DNA from: Chloroflexota bacterium | GTDB lineage: Bacteria > Chloroflexota > Dehalococcoidia > Lucifugimonadales > UBA2962 | Assembly (NCBI GenBank): GCA_003228095.2 | Contig: QGNM01000003.1 | Span: 1,241 to 65,240, forward strand | DNA length: 64,000 nt | Direction: 5' to 3' | In this document: piece after piece, positions 49,074 through 58,580 of the stretch | How positions within the stretch are numbered: the first letter of the stretch is position 1 | Layout of the letters: each line of letters begins with the position of its first letter | Program-made: the position numbers and the translations under genes | Notes under the pieces: model-generated | The model's input: the letters and a program-made list of their open reading frames with translations, nothing else | The model's database searches: none | What the model was told of the DNA's origin: nothing

Positions 49074-49802
49074 TTGGCAGAAGCCACAGCTTCAAATCAT
49101 GAAAGTGAGCATCAAACTACAACGGGTTTGAATCACAGAAAAATACTAATGTGGGTTTTTCTTGGTTCAGACTGTATGTTTTTTGCTACATTGATAGCCA
49201 CATACCTTGTGTACAAGGGTAAGAGTTTGAGCGGCCCAATGCCGTTAGATGTATTTAGTATTCCTGTCACAACTGTCAGTACTTTTGTGCTTTTAATGTC
49301 CAGTATGAGTATGGTGTTAGCTTATGCTGCATTGAGAAAAGGATCCCTGAAAGGCTATAGGACATGGATACTTTCGACTGTCATTTTAGGGAGCACTTTT
49401 TTGGGTTTTCAGACTTTTGAGTTTTATGAATTTGCAAATCACCATGTGCATATTGATTGTATTAACCCTGTAGATTTAACTGATTATGAACAGGGATTGT
49501 TTGATAAAAACTGTAAAGATGGCGTTGATCATTACGATGCTCAACATGGCTTAACTCCCAAAACCAACCTGTTTGGTACAACATTCTTTGTACTTACCGG
49601 GTTACATGGAACCCACGTGACAATAGGCGTCATATGGCTTATGTCTTTATTTTTGTATTCATTCAAAAAGGGAGGAGTGACACCAGAGAGGCATCTAGAC
49701 ACGGATTTGGCAGCTTTATATTGGCATTTTGTTGATGTTGTCTGGATTGTTATTTTTGCGGTTGTTTACCTATTTGGAGTATTTGAAGGGTTTCCGTCAT
49801 AA
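49074..49802 (+). CDS. ctaE: Cytochrome c oxidase subunit III
   Basis: MWVFLGSDCMFF, LTGLHGTHV and LYWHFVDVVW. Confidence 0.92.
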   Translation: MAEATASNHESEHQTTTGLNHRKILMWVFLGSDCMFFATLIATYLVYKGKSLSGPMPLDVFSIPVTTVSTFVLLMSSMSMVLAYAALRKGSLKGYRTWILSTVILGSTFLGFQTFEFYEFANHHVHIDCINPVDLTDYEQGLFDKNCKDGVDHYDAQHGLTPKTNLFGTTFFVLTGLHGTHVTIGVIWLMSLFLYSFKKGGVTPERHLDTDLAALYWHFVDVVWIVIFAVVYLFGVFEGFPS

Positions 49803-49804
49803 CA

Positions 49805-50143
49805 ATGGCTATGCAGAATATAAACAAAGCATCTGACTCCACTAAGGTTGATACTTCTCATTCCGAGCACCCCTCAGCCGTAACATATTTCAAAGTGGCT
49901 GTGGCACTATGCTTACTTACAGGGCTTGAAGTAGTAGTATTTTTCTTTGAATGGTTGAGTTACGGAATCATTCCAGTATTGGCTGTTTTGTCGGTTGTAA
50001 AGTTTGCTCTTGTAATTATGTTTTATATGCATCTTAAGTATGATCACAGACTTTTTAGCACATTATTCTTAACAGGTTTATTTTTAGCAATCGGTGTTAT
50101 TTTCGCTTTAATGGCTCTTTTCGGATGGTTTAACGCAGGATAG
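49805..50143 (+). CDS. ctaF: Cytochrome c oxidase subunit IV family
   Basis: LT.LEV and KFALVIMFYMHLKYD; three TM helices. Confidence 0.85.
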   Translation: MAMQNINKASDSTKVDTSHSEHPSAVTYFKVAVALCLLTGLEVVVFFFEWLSYGIIPVLAVLSVVKFALVIMFYMHLKYDHRLFSTLFLTGLFLAIGVIFALMALFGWFNAG

Positions 50144-50182
50144 ATCAATTCACTCAATGGTGATAGATGGGGTTTCATAGAC

Positions 50183-51079
50183 ATGGCCTATTTTGATTTT
50201 ACTGGATTCTGGTCTTCAATTTGGACAAAATGGCATTTTCATCCCGATGTTCTAATTGGGCTTACTATTCTATTGGGCTTATATTTGTTCATAATAGGTC
50301 CTGGAAGAATAAAATATCGACTATCAGATACCCCGGTGACATCAAAACAAATTTTGATGTTTGTTTCATCAATACTGATAATTTTATTCTCTTTAATATC
50401 TCCATTACACGAATTAAGCGATAAATACCTTTTCTCAGCACATATGATTCAACACGTTCTGCTTACCTTAATAGTTCCTCCTTTGATGATTGCTGGGATT
50501 CCTGGTTGGGTATTCAAGCCAATCATGAAAATAAAAAGTTTCGCATGGATTTTAAGATTGTTAACAAACCCGATTGTAACTTTTAGTGCATTTAACTTAA
50601 CATTTTCGTTTTGGCATTTCCCTGCCTTATATGCAACTTCAGTAGATTTTCATTCTATTCATGTATTAGAGCATCTAATGTTTATTTCCACAGCTATGAT
50701 GATGTGGTGGCCATTGATGAGCTCTTCTGAAGAGCTACCTCCTTTGCCTGAGCCCGCCAAGATGTTGTATTTGCTTGGACTTGCTATAGCACAAATTCTT
50801 GTATTTGCTCCTATTACATTTTCAGATGCACCATTATATGAATTTTACGTAGAGGCGCCAGCAGTGTGGAGTTTAAGTAATCTTCAGGATCAACAGATTG
50901 GAGGGTTAGTAATGAAGGTTGGTGGAGGGATGTTGTTTATGTTTCTTTTCATTCGTATCTTTTTGAGATGGGCTCATAATGAACTTGATAATACAAAAAA
51001 TTTCAAAAAAAAACAGATTGAAATTAATTCTATTAAAAATAAGACATCATCGAACTTTATAAGTAGTGTAAACTCTTAA
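50183..51079 (+). CDS. ctaG: caa3-type oxidase assembly factor
   Basis: SPL, LFSAHMIQH, WHFP.LY, H..EH and DQQIGG..MK. Confidence 0.88.
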   Translation: MAYFDFTGFWSSIWTKWHFHPDVLIGLTILLGLYLFIIGPGRIKYRLSDTPVTSKQILMFVSSILIILFSLISPLHELSDKYLFSAHMIQHVLLTLIVPPLMIAGIPGWVFKPIMKIKSFAWILRLLTNPIVTFSAFNLTFSFWHFPALYATSVDFHSIHVLEHLMFISTAMMMWWPLMSSSEELPPLPEPAKMLYLLGLAIAQILVFAPITFSDAPLYEFYVEAPAVWSLSNLQDQQIGGLVMKVGGGMLFMFLFIRIFLRWAHNELDNTKNFKKKQIEINSIKNKTSSNFISSVNS

Positions 51080-51112
51080 TAGTAAAAAATAAATTCTTGT
51101 TAGGGAGTGGAA

Positions 51113-51334
51113 ATGGTTTTTGATCAGATTAAGATGGCAATACTTATACCATTAATTTCAGTAATTTGTGTTGCTATCATTGGTGGACTCATAGGATTTA
51201 TTTTCATATTGCTTTATAAAACCACGGGTCTTCATGAATGGGGAGCTGTAATTTTAGGGATGGCGCTAGTAGTTTTGGTTCCTGCAGCTGCATTTTTATT
51301 GCAAAATTACTTTGAAAAACAAACAGCTACTTAA
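51113..51334 (+). CDS. Small two-TM membrane protein within the oxidase operon
   Basis: SD AGGGAG; two hydrophobic helices; lies between ctaG and sco. Confidence 0.65.
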   Translation: MVFDQIKMAILIPLISVICVAIIGGLIGFIFILLYKTTGLHEWGAVILGMALVVLVPAAAFLLQNYFEKQTAT

Positions 51335-51348
51335 ATAGATAGTTAATC

Positions 51349-52014
51349 TTGGCTGTAAAAATATTTAGATTAAATCTTCAACTTAGATTTATTTACCTGA
51401 TTGTAGTTTTATTGATCATGCCTGGGTGCAACTCAGTAAGGGATAATACTTTTTTGGGAACAGTCCTTTCAAAATCACCTAAAGCAATGGATTTTAGTCT
51501 TGTGGATCAATTTGGACAAAGTGTCAGACTGTCAGAGTTTCAAAACAAAGTGGTTGTTCTTACATTTGTTTACACATCATGTAATGAGATATGTCCATCA
51601 ATAGCACTTAAGTTAAAAGATTCAGAAAGATATTTAGTTGATCAGACTGATGAAATTTCGACATTACTTATATCTGTAGATCCTAGAGGAGATACCCTAA
51701 ATAATACTCAGAAATTCTTGCAAGATTATGGCATGGTGAACAAATGGAAATATCTCGTAGGAACAGAAGCCGAGTTGAAACCTGTGTGGGATGCATATTA
51801 TGTCTCAACAGCGGTTAAAGAAGTAGATACAAGTTTAAGTGAATCGGCATCTAAAGATGAGTTTCAAATAGAGCTATTACAAAACTATTCCGTAACCCAT
51901 CAAGGCCCGGTTTATATAATTGATCGGACAGGGCATGCCAGATCTGTGTTTACTCTTCCTTTTGATCCTGAAGACTTAGCAAATGACATAAAACTATTGC
52001 TAGATGAAAATTAG
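51349..52014 (+). CDS. SCO1/SenC copper chaperone
   Basis: YTSCNEICP, ISVDPRGD and VTH. Confidence 0.9.
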   Translation: MAVKIFRLNLQLRFIYLIVVLLIMPGCNSVRDNTFLGTVLSKSPKAMDFSLVDQFGQSVRLSEFQNKVVVLTFVYTSCNEICPSIALKLKDSERYLVDQTDEISTLLISVDPRGDTLNNTQKFLQDYGMVNKWKYLVGTEAELKPVWDAYYVSTAVKEVDTSLSESASKDEFQIELLQNYSVTHQGPVYIIDRTGHARSVFTLPFDPEDLANDIKLLLDEN

Positions 52015-52376
52015 CTAGCTACAGGTAGTTGTTCTTTTGCTTTAATAACGAGTTGACTGAAAACTTTGGAGTCCAGTATCGCTAATTCCGACAGCATTTT
52101 CCTATCAATATCTATACTTGATAGCTTTAATCCATGAATAAATTGACTATAAGAGATCCCGTTTTCACGGGCTGCAGCCCCTATACGAATATTCCACAGC
52201 CTTCGCATATCACTTTTCTTTGCTTTGCGATGCGCATATGCGTACGATAGAGCGTGGATCATGGACTCATGAGCTCTCCTATAGAGAGAGTGCCTCACAC
52301 TTCTATGTCCTTTAGTTGCCTTAAGTATTTTTCTATGTCTATTGCGTTTGGTAACGCCACGTTTTATTCTAGTCAT
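52011..52376 (-). CDS. rplT: 50S ribosomal protein L20
   Basis: MTRIKRG, RRLWN.RI and IDRKMLSELA. Confidence 0.97.
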   Translation of the reverse strand: MTRIKRGVTKRNRHRKILKATKGHRSVRHSLYRRAHESMIHALSYAYAHRKAKKSDMRRLWNIRIGAAARENGISYSQFIHGLKLSSIDIDRKMLSELAILDSKVFSQLVIKAKEQLPVAS

Positions 52377-52407
52377 AATTAATTTCTGTTATATTTAATA
52401 GATTGCT

Positions 52408-52611
52408 TTAAGGTAGCCCATACGGTAGCAACCTTCTTAATCTGGGTTGATCTGCTGCGGATACAGGAAGTTTTCCTGAATACAAACGCCTTACCTTAGC
52501 AGCCTTCTTTCTACGAAGGTGACTTCGATGGCCTTTCATTCTAACAAGCTTACCTGTCCCCGTTATTCTGAAACGAGCGGCTGCACCTTTATGTGTTTTC
52601 ATCTTAGGCAA
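52408..52611 (-). CDS. rpmI: 50S ribosomal protein L35
   Basis: MPKMKTHKGAAARFRITGTGK; TTG start. Confidence 0.95.
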   Translation of the reverse strand: MPKMKTHKGAAARFRITGTGKLVRMKGHRSHLRRKKAAKVRRLYSGKLPVSAADQPRLRRLLPYGLP

Positions 52612-52626
52612 TTTTTTATTCGCTTT

Positions 52627-53193
52627 CTAACTTGTTACAAGTGAGGCAGTAGATTGGCCAGTCGTGTTAGGTTTTTGTCGATTTGGGATAAGAACCATTG
52701 TTAAAAATCTTCCTTCAAAAGAAGGAGCTTTTTCTACCAAAGCTTCTTCCCCTAAGTCTTTTGCAACTGCTTTGAGAACTTCCATTCCCACTTCTGGGTG
52801 GGTGATTTCTCGTCCTCTAAACATAACGCTTACTTTAACTTTTGCTCCTTCAGTCAATAATCTTTTCACTTGATTAGATTTTGAAGTACGGTCATGTACA
52901 CTTATTCTTGTTTTTAACCTAACTTCTCTAATTTCAGTATTGGACTTAGCTTTCTGTACCTTTCTAGCGTTCCGCTCTTTTCGATCGATTTCATATCGAA
53001 ATCTACCATAGTCCATAATTCTGCATACGGGAGGTGACGCCGACGGTGCAACCTCAACCAGATCAAGTCCTCGCCCTTCTGCTAGTGTAATTGCATCTCT
53101 TACGGATTTTACACCTAGTTGATTTCCCTTCTCGTCTACTAGTCTAACCTCCGGGACTTTCACACGCTGGTTTACTCGATAGTCTTTAGCTAT
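52627..53193 (-). CDS. infC: Translation initiation factor IF-3 (probable AUA start)
   Basis: VRLVD, LDLVEV, PPVCRIMDYG and FRGRE. SD AAGGAG lies 7 nt before ATA at 53193. Confidence 0.92.
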   Translation of the reverse strand: MAKDYRVNQRVKVPEVRLVDEKGNQLGVKSVRDAITLAEGRGLDLVEVAPSASPPVCRIMDYGRFRYEIDRKERNARKVQKAKSNTEIREVRLKTRISVHDRTSKSNQVKRLLTEGAKVKVSVMFRGREITHPEVGMEVLKAVAKDLGEEALVEKAPSFEGRFLTMVLIPNRQKPNTTGQSTASLVTS

Positions 53194-53307
53194 ATTGATG
53201 CTCCTTGATACTGAGAAAATTTTAGTACAAATCAATCGCCAATTTATGTTTGGGATTGGTTAACATATAGCATATCATTTTGCTTAAAGTATATCTATAA
53301 AATAAAT

Positions 53308-55050
53308 CTAGCTTTTTAGTTTAGCTTCATCAGCTATCGTATTGATTATGGTGTTTATTGGCATAGTCCCAAGGTCTTTACCAGATCGATGTCTTACAGA
53401 AACACTTTCTGCGTCTGCTTCACGATCTCCGATCACGAGCATGTAGGGAATTTTTTCAACTTGGGCATCGCGGATCTTTGACCCCATCCTATCGTTCCGG
53501 TCGTCTAAGTGACACCTTATTCCCGCATTTGCCATTTGATTCTTAACTTTAATCCCATAGTCCTCATGGCGACTTGCAATTGGTATTATTATTGCCTGTA
53601 CTGGAGCAAGCCATGTCGGGAATGCTCCTCCATAATGCTCAATTAGAATACCCATGAACCTTTCCATAGAGCCTAACAAGGCTCTATGGAGAACAAACGG
53701 CTCATGTTTCGCTCCATCATCTCCAACATATTCAAGTTCAAATCGATTAGGTAAATTGAAGTCAAATTGAACTGTGGTGACCTGCCATAATCTGCCTATT
53801 GCATCTTTGATATGTATGTCTATCTTTGGACCATAGAATGCACCTCCTCCATCATCAACCTCATAGTCTATTTCCCTTGAGTCCAAAGTATCTTTTAAAG
53901 CTTGAGTAGCAATTTCCCACTTGGCATCCTCCCCAACGGCTTTTTCGGGTTTCGTGGCCAACATCACTCGGTAATCATCAAAACCAAAAGTTTTTAATAG
54001 ATAAAAGGTTAAGTTCAATACTTGATTAACTTCTTCTTGTACCTGGTCTTCACGACAAAATATATGTGCATCATCTTGGGTTAACCCCCTCACTCTAAGT
54101 AACCCGGATAATACTCCACCTCTTTCATATCGATAAACGGTTCCTAGTTCGCCAATTCTTATTGGGAGGTCCCTGTAACTTCTCAAGTCTGTTTTGTAGT
54201 AGGTCATATGAAAGGGACAGTTCATGGGTTTGAGGTAATAATGTTGTCCATCCATATCCATAGGGGCAAACATATTATCTGAGTAAAACTCTAAATGACC
54301 TGAAGTTTTCCACAAATCTGATTTTCCAATGTGAGGGGTATAAATCAAAGAGTATCCAGCAGAAACATGTTCAGATTTCCAGAAGTCTTCAACGATACCT
54401 CTGACTGTTGCGCCTTTAGGGTGCCATATAACTAAACCTGGACCAATGTCTTCGGATATAGAAAAAAGGTTTAGCTGTTTACCAAGAACCCGGTGGTCGC
54501 GTTTTCTGGCCTCTTCAATATTAGTAAGATGTTGTTCGAGCTCGGCTGAGGTTTCAAATGCTGTACCATATATCCGTTGTAACATAGGGTTCTTCTCATC
54601 ACCCCTCCAATACGCCCCTGCTACATTTAATAGCTTGTAGGCTTTGATCTGCCCTGTGGATTCAACATGAGGTCCTGCACATAAATCTTCAAATTTTCCA
54701 TGAGTGTACGTGGAAATTACTTCGCCATCTGGAATATCGGCGATTAATTCAAGCTTGAGTGGTTGTTCTGCATTAATTGAGTTAGCTTCTTCTCTTTCGT
54801 ACTCTCGATAAATAAATTTGAGATCCTCATCGATTACCGCTTGCATTTCTTTTTCAAATTGCTCTAGATCTTCCTCTGAAAATGTTTTTTCAGTCAAAAA
54901 GTCATAATAAAAACCATCGTCAGTTGGTGGTCCAATTCCAATGCGAATGTCTGGATATTTACGAGTAACAATGTCTGCTAGCACGTGCGCAGCAGAATGC
55001 CTTATTCTTTTTCTCAGCTCTATTAGCTCTGAATTCAATTCTCCAGACAT
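53308..55050 (-). CDS. thrS: Threonine--tRNA ligase (short form without TGS domain)
   Basis: HSAAH, DLCAGPH, RDHR, KPMNCP.H, QDDAH and GAFYGPKID. Confidence 0.97.
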   Translation of the reverse strand: MSGELNSELIELRKRIRHSAAHVLADIVTRKYPDIRIGIGPPTDDGFYYDFLTEKTFSEEDLEQFEKEMQAVIDEDLKFIYREYEREEANSINAEQPLKLELIADIPDGEVISTYTHGKFEDLCAGPHVESTGQIKAYKLLNVAGAYWRGDEKNPMLQRIYGTAFETSAELEQHLTNIEEARKRDHRVLGKQLNLFSISEDIGPGLVIWHPKGATVRGIVEDFWKSEHVSAGYSLIYTPHIGKSDLWKTSGHLEFYSDNMFAPMDMDGQHYYLKPMNCPFHMTYYKTDLRSYRDLPIRIGELGTVYRYERGGVLSGLLRVRGLTQDDAHIFCREDQVQEEVNQVLNLTFYLLKTFGFDDYRVMLATKPEKAVGEDAKWEIATQALKDTLDSREIDYEVDDGGGAFYGPKIDIHIKDAIGRLWQVTTVQFDFNLPNRFELEYVGDDGAKHEPFVLHRALLGSMERFMGILIEHYGGAFPTWLAPVQAIIIPIASRHEDYGIKVKNQMANAGIRCHLDDRNDRMGSKIRDAQVEKIPYMLVIGDREADAESVSVRHRSGKDLGTMPINTIINTIADEAKLKS

Positions 55051-55114
55051 TAAATACCTCTAATTTTTATTTGGTAGGTCAGTGTTGTCGGAACAATATT
55101 TGCAATATTGATAA

Positions 55115-56701
55115 TTATGGCACTGCGTGCCCGGCTAAAATACCTGTACATGAATCGTCTCTCACCGCAAATTCACCATTCACTATTACATGGGGGATTC
55201 CAACAGGGAATTGTTTGGGGTCATCAAAAGTAGCTGTATCAATTATAGTATCTGGGTTAAATACAACTATATCGGCAAAGTAACCTTCTTTTAATAGGCC
55301 TCTATTTTTTAAACCAAACCTTGATGCTGCGTTATGAGTCATCCTATGTATCATAGTTTCTAAAGTCATAACGTCAGGCAATTGTCTGAGGTATCGTCCT
55401 AAGAAGCGAGGGAATGCTCCATATGCCCGTGGATGAGGTAACCCGCCTAAGGATATTTGATCAGAGCCGAGCATATAATCAGGCCTGGATAAAAAATACA
55501 TTTGATCTTTCATAAGATGTCGCGAAATAGCCGGGCTTTCAGGAGGGATGGATCTAAATCCTACTTGTAGATCCTCTTTGATTAATAAATCACATATAAT
55601 CTGACCTCTTGTCATCCCAGTAGTTGAAGATATATCCGTGATGCTCATTCCTTCAAGGTCTTGGTTGTTTGGCAGATGAGTAAATACGAGCTTATCTAAA
55701 GATCTAGAGTCATAAGTATCGATAAGTTTTGAGACTATTTTCCGTTTTACTGGGTCTTTTAAGCGATCAAGAATTGCTTCAGTTCCGCCATCTTGGGATA
55801 TTGAATCTAAGGTCATAATTGCAAAACTACTACCGACTGGATAAGGATACAATTCAAGTGTTGAATCAACTTCATTTTTGGCTTTGTCGATCGGACCGAT
55901 TTTTTCTTCGGCCGTCATAATCCCAAAATCTTCAGCTGTTGTTCTGAAATGCGAAAAATGTACCTTAACTCCTGATTTGCGACCTATTTCCAATGCCTCT
56001 TCTATGCCCCCACCTTCAAAACCTCTTTCCGTGTTTACGTCACGGAGGTGAGTAACATATAATCCGCCAGCCTCGTCTGCTGCTCCGCATAGCTCTATTA
56101 ATTCTTCAGTATTGCTCCAGCTATTCGGGTAATATGACATACCTGTAGCTAATGCCACAGCTCCTTCTTCAATAGATTCTCTAACGAGCGACTTTGCATT
56201 TTCTAAATCTTTACCTAATAAGGGCACATCATTAAACCCGACTGTCTCAAGACGGATAGCACCGTGCGGAACACAATAGGCAGTATTGATGGCGCATTTT
56301 TTATGATAATTTTTTCTAAAAGCCTTAACGCTACTCATGTCTAAATCTGGCGATGGCATGCCTAATAACCCAGACAGGTATTGACGATAAATTAGGTAGT
56401 TTTTTGAGTTTAGGGGTGCATATGATAGCCCATCTTGTCCGAGAATTTCCGTAGTAATTCCTTGCCTTATACCTGATGCATGCTGAGGATCAGTCAGCAG
56501 AATGCCGTCTGAATGGGCATGAGTATCAATGAATCCTGGTGAGACAACCAAGCCGGTTGCATCAATGATATTAACTCCCTCTGTATTGGATAAATCACCG
56601 ATAGCTTCTATTTTCCCCTGTTTGATTCCTAAGTCAGCCTTGATTCTAGGATTTCCACTACCATCAACAATGGTGCCATTTTTTATTAGTATGTCGAACA
56701 T
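55115..56701 (-). CDS. N-acyl-D-amino-acid deacylase family amidohydrolase
   Basis: PGFIDTHAHSD, QGITTE, THLRD, HPRAYGAFPR and ADIVVF. Confidence 0.88.
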   Translation of the reverse strand: MFDILIKNGTIVDGSGNPRIKADLGIKQGKIEAIGDLSNTEGVNIIDATGLVVSPGFIDTHAHSDGILLTDPQHASGIRQGITTEILGQDGLSYAPLNSKNYLIYRQYLSGLLGMPSPDLDMSSVKAFRKNYHKKCAINTAYCVPHGAIRLETVGFNDVPLLGKDLENAKSLVRESIEEGAVALATGMSYYPNSWSNTEELIELCGAADEAGGLYVTHLRDVNTERGFEGGGIEEALEIGRKSGVKVHFSHFRTTAEDFGIMTAEEKIGPIDKAKNEVDSTLELYPYPVGSSFAIMTLDSISQDGGTEAILDRLKDPVKRKIVSKLIDTYDSRSLDKLVFTHLPNNQDLEGMSITDISSTTGMTRGQIICDLLIKEDLQVGFRSIPPESPAISRHLMKDQMYFLSRPDYMLGSDQISLGGLPHPRAYGAFPRFLGRYLRQLPDVMTLETMIHRMTHNAASRFGLKNRGLLKEGYFADIVVFNPDTIIDTATFDDPKQFPVGIPHVIVNGEFAVRDDSCTGILAGHAVP

Positions 56702-56799
56702 CTATTTCCTTTCCATTTTCACAATCTTACTCCGTCCCATAAAAGTACCTGCACCTCAGGTTAAAGAGTTACTAATCTTACATTGTCTTTATATAATTC

Positions 56800-57837
56800 T
56801 TATAGTGACTTCGCTGGGTTTCTAAGAGGTATTTTGGTTCGAACAGATGGATTGACCAGAGACATAGGATACATCCCCATTAACACTCTTGCTGCCTCTT
56901 CTCCAAGCCTTACCCTTCCATCACGACTTGAATTGTCTGAAGTGCCGGCTGAATGAGGGGAGGCAATTACATTATCCATTAAAAGTAAAGGGTTATTTTT
57001 TGGTGTAGGTTCAACTTCAAAAACATCTAATGCTGCTCCAGCTATGTCCTTGTTAATCAAAGCGGATATTAGATCAGACTCATTGTGAGTAGATCCCCTG
57101 CATGTATTTATAAAATATCCAGTAGACTTCATGCTCTTAAAAAGGGCTGCATTTGCCAAGTTTTGTGTTTCAGAATTTAATGGAACATGCATAGAAACAT
57201 AATCCGATTCTGCACCCAATGATTCCAAAGACCCTAATCTTTCCACTTCGTATTCTTGGGAAACCCAAGGTTCCAAGTATGGGTCATACACTTTTACATT
57301 AATGCCGAAAGCTTTTGCTTTTTTGGAAACATGCCGCCCTATGTTTCCAAATCCCACCAAACCTAAGGTTTGCCCATAAACGGCAGGCATCGGAAAAAGA
57401 TTCTTTACTGTCGTACTAGTCCATTCGCCATGCTTAACTAATTTATCAAGTTGGAGAAGTCGTTTACTGCACGCTAGCAAAAACATTATTGTGTGATTAG
57501 CAACTTCATCAGAACAATATCCGGCGCAATTAGCTACCATGATTCCCATGTCGGTAGCTGCCTGGTCTTCTATATGATTAAATCCATGTCCTAAACTGAT
57601 AATTGCCTGAGCTTTATTCATATGTTGAATAACCGATTTTCCTAGTGGAACCATTTCGTCGATAATTAAGTCTGCGTCCTTTACTGCTTCTATGATTTCG
57701 CCCTGGCTTGACACCATATGAATTTCAAGGTCGTGATCAACTAGGTCGAGGGTTTTTGTTGTTAAAGATAATTCAGCGCTATCAGACCAGAAATCTAAGG
57801 CAGCAGATCTTATATACGCAACTTTAGGTTTTGACAT
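56800..57837 (-). CDS. D-isomer-specific 2-hydroxyacid dehydrogenase (SerA/CtBP-like)
   Basis: GLVGFGNIG, HVPL, INTCRG, ALDVFEVEP and SPHSAG. Confidence 0.9.
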   Translation of the reverse strand: MSKPKVAYIRSAALDFWSDSAELSLTTKTLDLVDHDLEIHMVSSQGEIIEAVKDADLIIDEMVPLGKSVIQHMNKAQAIISLGHGFNHIEDQAATDMGIMVANCAGYCSDEVANHTIMFLLACSKRLLQLDKLVKHGEWTSTTVKNLFPMPAVYGQTLGLVGFGNIGRHVSKKAKAFGINVKVYDPYLEPWVSQEYEVERLGSLESLGAESDYVSMHVPLNSETQNLANAALFKSMKSTGYFINTCRGSTHNESDLISALINKDIAGAALDVFEVEPTPKNNPLLLMDNVIASPHSAGTSDNSSRDGRVRLGEEAARVLMGMYPMSLVNPSVRTKIPLRNPAKSL

Positions 57838-57958
57838 TTAATTAATCCCCCAATTTAAATAAAAAAGTTAAACCACATTATACGATTCCTTATGCCAGTT
57901 GATGTATCATTACTTTTTTAAATGTTAGGATTTTTTCAGAAAATGAAAGGTATGTCAG

Positions 57959-58576
57959 ATGTTAAAACTTGAAATTTTCCATGATTACATATGACCGTTT
58001 GCTTATAATGCAGCCGTGTGGCTGGATCAGGTGAGACGAGATGGGATGGAATTAAGCATCACTTGGAAATCGTTTGTATTAGACGCAAATAAAGATGATG
58101 TTGACCATAAGTTGTTTTGGCAATCACCAATTGAAGAGCAAGGACGATCCATGTATGCTCATAAAATTGGTAAAGCAGCATTGCGTCAGGGTCAACAGTT
58201 ATTTGAGCAATTCAATCTACATGTTTATGTATCTCGACATTCGGGCAAACGGATTCGCCTAGATAAATATGATGAACTTTTAGAAGTGTCGGAGCAATGT
58301 GGACTTAGTAAAAAACAACTTTTATTAGACCTTGAAGATCCGGATTTGATCTTAGAGATTAAAGAAGATCATGAAGAAGCAGTTGAGCATTATGGTGTTT
58401 TTGGCACTCCGACATTCGTATTTGAAAACGGACAGTCAGTATTTGTAAAAACGTTAATGCCTCCAGAAAAAGATGCCCTTAAAGCTTTTAATGTTTTTCT
58501 GGCTCTGTTTGGTGACAGAGATTATATTGGTGAGATAAAACGCCCTCAACCACCTTGGCCGAAAAACGTGAATTAG
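57959..58576 (+). CDS. Predicted selenoprotein: DsbA-fold, Rv2466c/mycoredoxin-2-like oxidoreductase (UGA=Sec at 57992-57994)
   Basis: SD GAAAGG then ATG 57959 gives MLKLEIFHDYI-UGA-PFAYNAAVWLDQV, in frame with ORF 58016-58576. cis-Pro loop GVFGTPT; C-terminal EIKRPQPP. Confidence 0.85.
58011..58024 (+). promoter_or_regulatory. Candidate bacterial SECIS apical hairpin
   Basis: CAGCC-GTGT-GGCTG; the G-initial loop begins 21 nt after the in-frame UGA. Confidence 0.6.
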
Positions 58577-58580
58577 CGTA

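Noticed and set aside
55051-55114. T-box leader for thrS
   Set aside because: Only about 64 nt of intergenic space and no T-box consensus.
57992-57994. Genome-wide UGA reassignment (genetic code 4 or 25) as the explanation for the in-frame TGA
   Set aside because: TGA terminates well-defined genes here (e.g. at 515, 7932, 47190, 49013) and Trp is encoded by TGG, so any recoding is site-specific.
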